Both the position numbers and the translations under genes were made by a program. This document shows positions 1 through 11,514 of a stretch of 64,000 bases of DNA, piece by piece. Source of the DNA: Azolla caroliniana. Taxonomy: Eukaryota; Plantae; Polypodiophyta. Each line of letters begins with the position of its first letter. Position 1 is the first letter of the stretch. Under the pieces are notes generated by a model. That model was given only the letters and a program-made list of their open reading frames with translations. It made no database searches and had not been told where the DNA came from. Location: positions 1 through 64,000 of the forward strand of contig JBHGNT010000099.1 of NCBI GenBank assembly GCA_043228905.1, given 5' to 3'.

Positions 1-209
1 AGTCATGTGTTTTTTATCGACTATAGTGTTCATGCATGCTAGATGTGCATGTGTAGCTTTTTCTTTTATCATGGGTTTTCCTAAATTTTATCCTAGCGTG
101 AACTTACCTTTCTATGTGGGACATCTACTTTTTGACACTAATGATATGTTAGTGTAATGGTAAGGCTTCATATTATTAACATGGAGGTGCAAGCTTCAAA
201 TCTTGCCCT

Positions 210-993
210 ATGCATGTAATATATATTTTCGTCGTTTTCTTCATATTTATTAAATCGGGTACTTTATATGTTTTTTCATGTAGTGTACGAAATACACTAC
301 GACACTTGCCCCCTCCCAACCCGCACATCCTCCGGTATGTGCCGAAATTACCGGTGCTCGTAATTCTTCTTTACCCGTAGTACCCTCTATTTCTCTCGCT
401 ATGTCGACTTTGTCTCTCCATTTTGAACACATCCATTCTTTCCACCCGAACCATTGTCTCCATCCGATCCACAATATTCTTCGTTCACTCTTTGCATGGA
501 CATGACCGGTTGTCATGACTCCTTGTGCTCTTCTTCAGCTTAACCCTTCATGTCTCGTGCATCTGCCACCGTCGTTCTGACCATCTCCTTGGTCAAGACA
601 CTCGGCACTTCGTCCATCTTTGTTGTATACTCTAACGTTCGAGTTGACAATCTTCATGTTAGAACCCTCCTTCTTTGTTGAGATCTCATCCTCGGTAACA
701 CCCTTCAAATCCACTTGGCCCTTGTCATCTGTGGTAGTGTGCCTGCTTGGCCTCTTCCTTGTCTTCATCAATCTCGACTTCTTTCCTGATCGGTCTCATC
801 CGATCGGCTTTCGGTTGGATTGGCTTCCGATCGGATTCGTATCCCGTTGAATCGGACTCAGTTGATTGGTTTCAACTGAGTTGGCCCCCTTCCAGGTCAA
901 GTTCGATCTATCGGTTTCGATTTTGGTTCACTTTCTTTTCCTCGTGTTCACCAGCCTCGACCGGTTCAACCTCCGGTTGAGTCGGATTAACTT
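210..993 (-). mobile_element. 3' part of a degenerate LTR retroelement (PPT plus start of 3' LTR)
   Basis: The minus strand reads GGGAGGGGGCAAG (PPT, plus 305-317) then TGTCGTAG at 304, which complements the family LTR end ...CACGACA seen at 2795. The reverse complement of about 790-895 is homologous to 2631-2740. The left boundary is approximate. Confidence 0.55.
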
Positions 994-1210
994 TTGTTGT
1001 GCCTTTCGGCACCGGATCATTACGTGAGTCGGGTGGTTTTGGACTAGGAGGAGGAAGAATTTGAGACGAGTTTAATTATGAATATGAATCGATTATAAGA
1101 AAGAGAGATTGAAACTTGTGAATCCCACAAGTATATTGTATTAGATTGCATTAATCAATATAAAGATAAGAATATGAATTTAGATTGAAAGAGAGAGATA
1201 TAGAAACCTA
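994..1210 (-). mobile_element. 3' portion of an LTR, same family as 1211-2795, in inverted orientation
   Basis: The reverse complement ends ...CCGACTCACGTAATGATCCGGTGCCGAAAGGCACAACA, matching the LTR-end motif at 1258-1288 and 2758-2795. The minus strand is CT/AT-rich, like an R-U5 region. Confidence 0.55.
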
Positions 1211-2795
1211 GTCTCAAATTCTTCTTCCTCCTAGTCCAAAACCCCGGTGGTTCCCACCCGACTCACACAACGATCCAGCGCCGACACAGTTGGTGAACCC
1301 GACGTAAAGACGGGTGGAAAGGAGATGGAGAATCAACAAGAGGCGATGAAAACGATGATGATGATGTTCGAGTGGATGTTACAAGAACAACGGGCGATGT
1401 CGAAGATCACGACGGCAGTAAAACGGCTCGTACAACGAAACAGACAGTTCAACGGAAAGGATGCATCACACTATCTACGTGACTACAAAATGGAGATGAT
1501 GCAATGTGGGATACCAGAAGGATTGCAAGTGATATCCTTTAGTCGGGTGGCCGCGAATGAGCTACTAGAGAGAATCCACAAGATACAACAACAAAACCCG
1601 ACATGAGAGGCATATGATTACGAGAGATTGAAGGGACGAGATCGGCGAGAGTTTGACGAATGGGTGGCATCAGAGAAGACCCACCGAACTACAACACAAG
1701 CATTCCTAGGGTTCGAGCATCGTTTTGCTCGACTCTCGGAGCGGGAACAAAGATTGGAGGGGGAGGATAAAGTCCTAATGTTCGTAAGATCGATCGATCA
1801 TAAAGAAAGGATGGGCATCAGGATTGAACTCGAAGATAATGACGGTGCAAATGGTCTTACCAAGGATTGTGTTGAAGTCAAAAAAAGTATGCTAAAGACA
1901 TGATAAAAGGAAGATGAGAATATTGTTGGCAACAACATGGCCTATAAGGGATGATCTATTAAGGATGAACAATGTGGTTGATACGAAGGCCGAAGTACGA
2001 TACATCAGTACTACAGGAGAGGGTATAGAGCAAGACATCCTCTTGTCTTGCGAAAGAACGATGGCTAAGGATAAGACCAATGACTTGAGAGTGGCGAACA
2101 CCACTTCAAGGGTGGAAGAAGGTTTTGGGATACGAGTGTCCGAAACATCGAGAGACAAAGGGGTAAGCATAATCGATGCTTGCAAGATCGAGGGAGATAA
2201 AGAGTGTGAGGCGTACATGACTGAGGAGGAAGTCACGAAAGATGACATCGAGTCGGAGGTGGCTATGGATGAGTCAATGGGGGATGCCTGAGGCAAGACT
2301 CTCCCAACACAAATACCAAATATTTCGGTAGTTGCGTTCGAAAAGCAACGTGAGACCGAAGAGACGGAAGGTGGCGGAGAGAAAACGAAGGTCGAACGAA
2401 GGTCGATGTCGATGCATACGATGGAGAGATAGCCGAGAAGGTGGCTATGGGTGAAACGACGGAGGACGATAACACCGAGGATTCTTGCCCACTAATTCTA
2501 GAGACTTCGGTGGTTGTGTTCAAGAACCAACCTGAGACTGGAGAGACAGGAGGTGGCGGCAAGAAAGGTAAAGTCGAAAGCCGGTTCAGATGGAAAATGA
2601 TCCGGGCGGAATTCCAATCAGAAAGAAAGCCGACCTGAAAGGGGGTCGACTCGGTCAAAACCGATCGACCGAGTCCGATTCGGCCGAACGCAAATACAGA
2701 TGGAAGTTGACCTAGCCGAAAGCCGATCGAACGAGAACGATCCTAAAAGAAGCTAATCCGACTCACGCAACAATCCGGCACCGAAAGGCACGACA
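1211..2795 (+). mobile_element. Internally deleted, pol-less Gypsy-like element: LTR remnant, tRNA-Trp PBS, decayed gag-like ORF, LTR remnant
   Basis: LTR end ...CGACACA at 1288, PBS at 1291, gag-like FNGKDASHYLRDYKMEM (1247-1903, broken), no RT/INT, terminal ...GGCACGACA at 2795. The sequence after 2795 resumes homology with 50914 onward. Confidence 0.6.
1291..1305 (+). promoter_or_regulatory. Primer-binding site complementary to the plant tRNA-Trp 3' end
   Basis: TGGTGAACCCGACGT directly after an LTR-terminal CA plus 2 nt. It is complementary to ...ACGUCGGGUUCACCA (tRNA sequence recalled, not searched). Confidence 0.7.
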
Positions 2796-4536
2796 ACGTT
2801 TATTGAGTCGGGAGGTGACAGGACTACCCACACTTTAGGCGAAAAAAGTAGTGGGGAGCCTCACCTGAAGAGCTACCCTCATGTCGAGTGGACATTAATC
2901 TATACCCAGGACGAAGGAGATTTGCTCCTTATTTTTGTAAAATCTAAAGGTGAGGGCAAGTTGCAGGTGGGGAAGACTTTCACCTACGGCCATGTAAAGA
3001 ACATCGAATACGAAGACAATGACTCATCGAACCTCTTGTTCGATGTTGATAGCTCGATGGGGACGTGCAGACTCAGGATAGATGAACAAAATTTCGTAAC
3101 TGACTCGTGCACCCGAAAGCTTTGAAAAAAGATGTTCAAACCAAAAATAATTTGATTGTTGCTTTCCGCCCTTATATTAAGGGAGAGTTGATGGTCGCAC
3201 AAGCAACCACACCACCAAAGTCTGCCAATAAATCAAAACCGGAGCGTAAGAAGTACAAGAAAAGGCAGCATCCCGAGGACGAGCCCGAGGTACTCGAGTT
3301 CGTGGTAGATGAGGAGGAAGAAATCGTGTTTGATGTTATTCCTCCAGGGGGGGCACATTGCATCAAGAATACTCACCTCAAACCAAAATCAGATCAGAGA
3401 AAACATTGTAAAGATGAAGCTTGTCTATAAAGGAAAACTATTTCACTTGCCCATCTCCTCTATTTAGAGGCCACCCATTGATCCTGAAATAGCAAGACGA
3501 GCTCTAGAAATAAGAGAGAGACATTTAGTGCATGTGAAAAACTTAAAAAGCAAAATGAAGATAAATTCACATGCCACTGTAGTGCCATTCTTAGTAATGG
3601 TAGACCCTAATCAGTGCCCAACTATTGTTGACTTTAAGTACAATTTGGTTGACAACTACACATACTACGTGATTGGAGGATCCCACTCTGCTGAATCTCG
3701 ACGTCAACTTGTGAAGGAGTATCCTCTTACCCCATTCTTCAAATATGCATAATGTAAAGTGTACGTTGGCCTTAGACATGAAGAAGCCAAGTTGTTAGTT
3801 TGGGGTCATAAAAATGATAATGACTACATATATTAGAAGATGTCATGTATGTATCGAGTGCATCAAGTTCTTCCATCACGAGTACCTTGATGCATTGCAA
3901 AAATTTGGTCCTAGGTTGCATCCTGGATTGCAACGACAATGTCTGCTTGAAGTGGGGATAACAGTTGACGAAAGCACTAGGTCTGAAGGCCTAAGGAAAT
4001 ATGACTCGTGGTTTCAACTTGTGTTGAGAACAAGGGAGGTGTGGGACCTCCAAGATCAAATTTTTAGTATGTGGGAGCGGAAAGAAATAAAGGGTCAAAG
4101 ATCAAAGAAGGCTAAGCTCAACCCACAAGTGGAGATGAAGTCTAAGTCACATAAAAGTGACTTAGTAATTGAAAACTTAGCTGAGGATATGAAGCTGCTT
4201 CCTTGGCGGACATTGCAAGGAATCAAAGATGACAGATTATTAATATTTGTATTATCAAGAGTGGTCGTCAAGGAGTTCAGCCTTGATGAAATGGTCACAG
4301 AGTTTCAAAAGTGAGTATTCTATGTGATGACTTATTTTCATTGTATTGTGGGAATAATTTGCTCTTTATAATAACCTTACTTTCTTTTCATTTTTAGCCA
4401 TAAGGTTTATATGAAGATACAAGAGTTGATGATGAAAACATTGTCCTTGCCTACATGGGAAGAGGTGGAGCAATCGTGCCCCAAAACATCATCATACAAG
4501 GCTCTTGAAGAATTCTTCATTGTGTTTAGAGAATGG
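2796..4536 (+). pseudogene. Decayed intron-containing gene with ParB/Srx-like motif, copy 1 (5' truncated)
   Basis: Colinear with 50914-52504. Contains HVKNLKSKM..VVPFLVMVDP..YYVIGGSHSAESRRQL..CKVYVGL..EEAKLLVWGH. GT-AG intron about 4311-4397, next exon ending at a GTATGT donor about 4537. Multiple stops and frameshifts. Confidence 0.65.
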
Positions 4537-4559
4537 GTATGTATGTTGTACAAATATAA

Positions 4560-5110
4560 AACACCACCTAGACCAATATGCCCCATCTCCTCCTCCTTGG
4601 CCATGATTCACATTGCTTGAGGCGAGTCAATCATACAAGAACTTGATTTTGATGGTATAGTCATTGACAAACATATGTTTTTGTTGTATGGACTTCACTT
4701 CTGGTTAGAGTTGAAGTTTTTGTGTGATTGTGTCGATGGATAAAATGTTTCGTGAGGTTCTTCCATGCCCCCTTTTGTTATCTTCACATCTGTGACATAG
4801 CCAATCATATGGTCATAGTATACTTTACATGGCTCACTAGACCATATGATGTAGCATATGGTCTAGTATACATTATGTGGCTCCCAAGCATATGGTCTAA
4901 CAAGGCAAAGCATTAGATGGATCACTCCTTGCTTCCATTCACAATTATATGTATTGATAATGGCAAACATGTTTTGACAATCACCTTCAATGTATCCCCA
5001 ATATGCTTGCCCCAAAAGGTATCGATGGATCTTGTATATCCATGATGCAAAAGTGTTGTGGTATGGAAACTTCTATCCTTGAGGAAAGCTACCCATTTGT
5101 TGATTCGTGC
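4560..5110 (-). mobile_element. Degraded Copia gag relic
   Basis: Minus-strand fragments (YWGYIEG, DHMIGYVTDVKIT, KLQL, VNDYTIKIK) resemble the gag at 31702-32400. Confidence 0.6.
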
Positions 5111-5234
5111 AATTCTTCTTTGTGTGGTAGTGGTTTCTTCTTCTCTTCTTGTTGGCTTCTTCCTTGTTTCACAACACGTGAACAATAGAGCAGTAGCTCT
5201 TCCACGCACAAGCTACAATGTCATGCTATGATTG

Positions 5235-5552
5235 CAATAGTCAATTGTAGGAGTGCATGTGAGCCAAATTCTTTCCATGAAAACCACAAAAGACCGAGCG
5301 GTGTTGTGTCTCCCATGACACACATCGTGAATTCCATGTAAACCAAGGATAGATTTCAAACGCAAATGAGTCGCCAAGTCATGTAAGCGTTCAAGCAATA
5401 GTCGATTGTAGGTTAATTACCTAATTTTTAACAAATGGCTTCATGAAAACCACAAAAGACCGAGTGGTGTTGTCTTGCCCATGACACACATTGTGAATTG
5501 CATGTAAACCAAGGATAGATTTCAAGTGCAAATGAGTGGCCAAGTCATGTCA
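5235..5552. repeat. Two-copy tandem duplication, unit about 160-165 bp
   Basis: CAATAGTC.ATTGTAGG...CATGAAAACCACAAAAGACCGAG...AAGGATAGATTTCAA starts at 5235 and again at 5396. Confidence 0.8.
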
Positions 5553-6886
5553 ATGTTGGCATGTGTTGAAGACTTATTTCAATGCTTTGAGGCTAGTGTT
5601 CATGCTAAGACAACTGGACCAAGGGAATTTGAACATATTACGGTTGTCGAGGATGAATGTGTGACCAGGTATACAAAGGAACGACTCCTCGCAAACTCAA
5701 GATTGGAATAATTTTTGCCTTGGTTAGTAACTATTTTTTTTGCATGTTCAAGGCATTGATAGTGAAGAGTTTGGAGGTTGGGAGGTCACTGGTTTGACAC
5801 AACATCAATGTGACATATTGTTCTACAGAAGTGACATATTATGATTCCGAGAAAGTTGTAATGTGAGATTAAAATTTGAAACTGTGACCATGGGTATGAT
5901 GTGGAGTATATAACTAACCGAGAGTACGAGGGCAAAGAAAGACTTACCACAAAGCCAATATAGGTAGCTCTAGTACGAGAGAGATTTTAGATATAGATGG
6001 TCATTAGGTTTCACATGAGTTTCATGTGAGTGTGGTGTCCCTAAAGAGTCCCAACCAGACCATGGTTCCGAAGTGAGTCAAGACGGACTCAAGAAGCCCC
6101 AAAACGTATTGGGACTTAGAAAATGCCCAGTCCTAGACATTGCCGCAAAAACAACAACGTCCCAGTCACCAACCACACAGTAGCCTAAAAGCCATCTCTT
6201 GGCCTAACACTAAGGAAGTCCACCAGCCAACCCTTGCAATTAATTTTAGACTCCTCTCCCGAGTATCTCACTCCGTAATCCTCATTAGCTCTAATGATTT
6301 TGTAATAATCTACTTTAGTTTGAGTGTTTTTATTAGTGATCATAACAATGGAGCAGAACATTAGGGTTAGAGTATGGTTGTGGAATTGACATGTAAAGTG
6401 AAGGGAGCTATGCTGGAAAGTAGTGGAATGCTGTAACATATTGAGTTGTGGAATGAGTATACAGATTTGGTTGCTGGATCGCGAATATCGGATTAGAATG
6501 CTCTGTCGTTGTAATTCTATACTCTGTGCATTATTTGGACAAATCTTATTTCGCAGAACTGTTTCTTTTGTAATTTTGCTTCATAGCACTGCAGCCCATT
6601 TCTGTAGTCTTTACATGGTTCCAGCACAAAAAGAAAAAAGAAAAAAGAAAACTGACACAACTTAATAGCTCACGACACAGGCTTAAAATGTACACAACGC
6701 GAGAATTTTCTTAATTAGTAATGATGGTATGTATAAAATACAGTGGAAAAACCATTGTTCCGATACTTTTAATGATCTGTGGGAAGGGGTAAATCAAGGC
6801 TATTATTAATGCAATATGGACAGTGCAACTTATTGATCCTGACCATATACATACATACATACATGTATTATGTATTATGTACATAT

Positions 6887-6922
<36 letters not shown>

Positions 6923-7038
6923 ATCCATCATTATTCTTCATTCATAACAGCCAACGAAATGGCGGCTCAACAGTATATAGTGCAAGAAACACAGACAATA
7001 TTCATAATAATGGTGATGGTGGAGAGGACTAAATCTGA

Positions 7039-10000
7039 CTACAGGCTGAAGCTCACAGAGTGGAAGTGCAGGAGGGCCCCCCTGCTGCCTTCCGAAGATT
7101 TGGATGTGTCCGGGGCAGCATAGAAGGGGCGGAAAGGCGAGCATCTCTTGCATTCCCTGGCAATGTCCTCTTGCATGCTCTCCGATCCCGACACCAGAAC
7201 TCCCACACATTCCCCACGGTGTTGCTCCACCAAGCCCTCGAAGACATCTGCCAATATTTTGGACCATCAAATTTAGAAGAACTACACATTCATTGCTTGA
7301 CATGCTTCATTCTCAGGGGCAATTCATTCATGCATCAATTCAGTGCCATATATAATCCCAAGTCCACTAAAGTATAGCATACATAGCACATTCCTGAGTA
7401 GATGGTTTCAAATAGCTATTGCATGATATTTGAATTAACTAGTGCTTTATTCAGCCAGAGGATGAGATCATTGAGCTAGAAAATTCTGCACAAATAGTAC
7501 TATATATTCGTATATAGTGACTGCAGCTTGAATAGAAGGGATTAAAATTTCAGAATTGGGGTAATCTACCTGTACTCATATATTCACAAACTTGTATATG
7601 TAGTAGTACTACTCTTACCAGGTTAAAGAAGATACCACATATATTCACAAATGCTTATGTTATGAAAACATACTTAACTTTCTTGGCGTAACGAATGCTT
7701 ATGTTTTTTCTTTAACGTTTTTAACCTTTAAAACTTTTTTGCCCTAATAAAAAGTTTAGGGTTTAGGGTTTAGGGTTAGATGTGGACCCTATGATGCCAA
7801 CCTACCTTTCCAGTTTGGCCGTGACAAAATGTGCACATCCCCATCCCACTGAGATGCGCCATCTTCGATTCCGTTGTAAGTTGCTCCCAAATCTTCGTTA
7901 CTTCCGGATGGAGAAGAAGTCGGACTCTGTGTCCTCGGCTGCACCGATGCCGAGCTTATACTCGATTGTCGTCGCAACATATGGAACCATAGCAGAACCA
8001 CGAGGCCGCCACAAATGAGAATCCCCAAGATCATGCACGCCACCACGACATGCGCGCGATTGTAATTGGTGAAGGTGTGATGGGCATAGGACCTCACAAT
8101 AAAAGTGTTTGCCAAGCCTGAAAGCACAAAGTATCCTGCAAAGGATGCAATGGTGGTTAATGCTACCCATGAGGTGCTCCCTGTGCTGCCAATGCTCGAG
8201 ATTCTTCCATCGGATTGTGGGTGTTGTGCCGCCGGATAAGAGGAATCAAATATCAATGGTTGTGATGTAGGGTGTTCACGGTTAAACTTGGATAGGTCCA
8301 AGGATTGGCCTATTCTATATGAATTATGGGCCGTGTTGCCACCGGATAATGGCACTCCCTCATAATCTTGTATGTTCTTCGAGGTTATGTATACATGTAC
8401 TCGGATGCGCAGTCCTAATGTCTCATAGCCAGGGAGAATTTGGTTAGGATATAGGGTGTTTAGCACACATAACTCCTCTGGCTTTCTTATGCAGTGGTAG
8501 AGTGTGATGGAGGTCGGAAGAGTAGTCGATGCCGGTGAGGATCTAACGTCTTTGTATCGATACAAGATATCACGGATTATAGCGAGGGCAGGGGTGAGGC
8601 CTATGCCCCCGGCCACGATGACTAGGGCTTTATACCTGCGAAATATTAATCATGTACATTACATTAATTAATGGAAGCAACTCGTTAATGTGAAGGCTAA
8701 TTATATCAATGAGGAACGACAGACATGAGCTTTGGGAACTGAATCGAGACCAGGAATTACGACAAATAATTAGAGAGATCCCCATACTTTAGGTAGAAAT
8801 CGGACTCATCGCCGTAAGGACCTTCGACTCTAGCCTTAAACGAGAAAGGGCAGGAACCCCCAGTTTTCTTGGCACTTGAGAATTGATCGCGCAAACTATT
8901 CGTCCATTCGCCGAGAGGCTTGATTACGATGGAGAGCTCCTGCGTGTTATCGAGAGGGGACGATGCGCCACTGAAGAAGTGCCACTGTAGTTTGGAGATA
9001 CCAGGAATCTGGATGCACCATGTGGAGAGTGCATTATAGAGTGGGGTCCCTGACATAAGTAATGATCACATTATTGCCTGTTATTAGTAAAGGTTAGAAG
9101 AGCTCACTGACTGAATTTAGTCAGAGAGATTCTGGAATATTAATTAATATGTGAATCCGAACAAGCACACATACATGAAAGAGAATCCATTTATGTTACC
9201 TTTGGTGGCATTGGTGTTAAGAGGCAGCAAGAGCTCGACTGCGCCATTCTGGAGGAGCTTGGCCGAGGATACGCGGACAACACTGGACGATTGGATCATG
9301 CGAAGGAAGCGATCGATGAAGAAGAGCATGAGAGGGACGATGAAGAAATGATAATTCCAGACCGCGTGATACAGCCAAAAGAGGGAGAAGAGGAGATACA
9401 GGTGGTGGACCGAGAAGAATATGTCGTAGAAGCGGCGACGGACGAAGGACAGGGAAGTGGCCCACATGACTAGACCGAACACCCATGCCACCAGCCCGGC
9501 CACTACCGCACATTTTTCTTGCTTCGTGACCCACCCAAAGATCTAACAACAAGAAGCAAAAAACTAATTATGTCCCTATCATGATATGATCAAACACACT
9601 CAAGTACAATGAATGCATCATGATGGAGAAACCACATGAGCCCTAGCATAGGTTGGCCGTTGGGACATCATCCGCGTTAAGCCTTGTAACATTACGGTAA
9701 TATTGGGCGAGACAGTGAGCGCGGAATACTGCATGATTTGAACCTACCAAATCCGTACGGTTGGTGTTGGCATAGAGAATGATGTAGCCGAGGCTATGGA
9801 GGCTGACGAGAACAAGCATGGAGACGGCGAGCCAGATGTGGTAGCGCACGGCGCGCTCGAATGGGATGCCTACCAGCCGAAGCAACGGCGAGCCGCGCGA
9901 CACGGGGATCCAGAGCAACGAGAATGGCACGACGGCCACGCGTCCGAAGTAGAAGGATACATTATTCAATTTCTGCCATGGCCTGCAATATCAATGGAAA

Positions 10001-11028
10001 ACATGAGTGCTTATTATGTACACTCTTGTCACATCTGTTCGAGCTCACGAAGGCCTCCTCGTATATGTGACTGGGAATTTAACAAACAATGTGAGCTTGG
10101 AGATGGTGTTCAAAGCATGAATGTGTGTCTGTCTGTCTGTCTGTCTGTCTGTTTGAGAGAGAGAGAGAGAGATATGGTTATGTCATGATCGTAGTAGGAC
10201 GTACTTGGCGGGGGGCGGGCCGGAGCCGTGGTGGTGCTGGGTGTTGTTGTCGATGCGGGTGAAAGCAATGTTGACGATTCTGCTGAAGTGGTAGATCATC
10301 AACAAAGTTATGGCCAGAATTCCGACAAGCTCCGAGGCCGTGAGGATGCCGAAGGGGCTCTTGTCCACCCACACCGGGTACGTACTCATCTGCCATTGGT
10401 TTTTCCAGCCCTTTGCACCCGCGGGCACCACAACACGGAGCTGTCCAGTCTTTGCTTTGATGAATGCGCGGAGCCGGATCACGACGAAGCTCAGAATGGT
10501 GACGACGAAGAAAGGCATGGTTTGGTATATGAATGTCGAACCTAATGGATGGATGCCATAAATATATCAGTTTTAAGTAGGAGGGAGCTGATCAGTTGAC
10601 AAACCATATATATGCATACACATATGCATTATGCGATCACTAATTATATTATATTACTTGTAGGAGGTGTACTGTAGAGATTTGTCTGGCAGAGATTGAT
10701 AATGAGGGGCTTAGTTACCTTCACGACCATCGGTCCGAAAGAAGCGAGAGTGGGATTTGTCGCCGATCCACGACTCCACGTATTTCTTGTCTCCTTCTGG
10801 ATCGGGCGCGACAAACCACCATAATACCCAAAACACGCACGCGGCCACGATTACCGCTTCCGTGACCGCTTTTGCCACCTTCGCCCGCCGAATTGCCCCC
10901 ATCAATCTCTCATCATCCTCATCTCGGCCATGGACGACCGCCGCAGCCTCCTTACCTGCATCAATCCTCGCGTTAATGCCACAGGATATAAAACTCTGCA
11001 GCCACACGGCAAGGAGGCCAAAATCCAT
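7039..11028 (-). CDS. FRO: Ferric reduction oxidase (FRO/ferric-chelate reductase family), copy 1. Exons 11028-10719, 10541-10205, 9982-9748, 9542-9200, 9049-8788, 8635-7806, 7247-7039 (about 841 aa; start codon uncertain)
   Basis: Ferric-reductase TM domain with four His (RYHIWL, SLHSLG, SVHHLY, LYHAVW), FIDRFLR, LQWH.FS, VEGPYG, AGGIGLTP and C-terminal FHSVSFSL. All introns are GT-AG with consistent phases and the exon total of 2526 nt is divisible by 3. No EF-hands, so not RBOH. Confidence 0.92.
7755..7775 (+). repeat. Three perfect TTTAGGG units in FRO intron 6 (mirror copy 29274-29294)
   Basis: TTTAGGGTTTAGGGTTTAGGG read directly. Confidence 0.9.
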
Positions 11029-11514
11029 CCATAGGAGGCACAAACAACAACAACAACAACAACTGCTACTTCTCCAACATACTCATCGCGAATTAATCGA
11101 GAAGTTAACTGCCGAAAGATGCGCGAAACTCAGTTGATTCTATGTACGGCAATGTTGTTGATCATTAGGGAGAAGAATGAGGAGGGTAATGATGCTCGAG
11201 CAGACAAGCCTTAAACCACACAGATCCTGTTAAGGACAAAAGTGGAGTGTGTTATATATATACATATACTTGCATGATACGGTTGGGTTGACTCTGGAGA
11301 ACAGCTACCCACTAGGTAGTAGTACAACACTGGTACTGCATGGGTTGTACTAATGTGTTAAGTCAACTGGTATTTGCAAAGGGCCTCTCATGTCCCCATA
11401 AAGACAATGCTAAGGACGAAAAATAGATTCAACAAAATATGTATATAAATTCGTTCGTGTGCTGGGCGCTGCCCGGGTCTACCCTTGCACACTTCCCGTC
11501 CCTTCGTGTAAATT

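Noticed and set aside
994-2795. DIRS/Ngaro-like inverted or split terminal repeats
   Set aside because: No tyrosine recombinase or RT is present. A tRNA PBS, PPT and TG...CA ends indicate rearranged ordinary LTR elements.
5883-6347. Possible solo LTR ending ...GATCATAACA
   Set aside because: No convincing matching 5' terminus or TSD could be fixed, so it is left unannotated.
6779-7123. Poly-Tyr/Leu/Ser ORFs and the many short antisense ORFs in the track
   Set aside because: They are products of (TAC)n and (CT)n microsatellites, or shadow frames of FRO and gag-pol genes.
7039-11028. RBOH/NADPH oxidase identity
   Set aside because: No EF-hand N-terminus. The extra TM pair in the NAD-binding region and the FHSVSFSL ending fit FRO.
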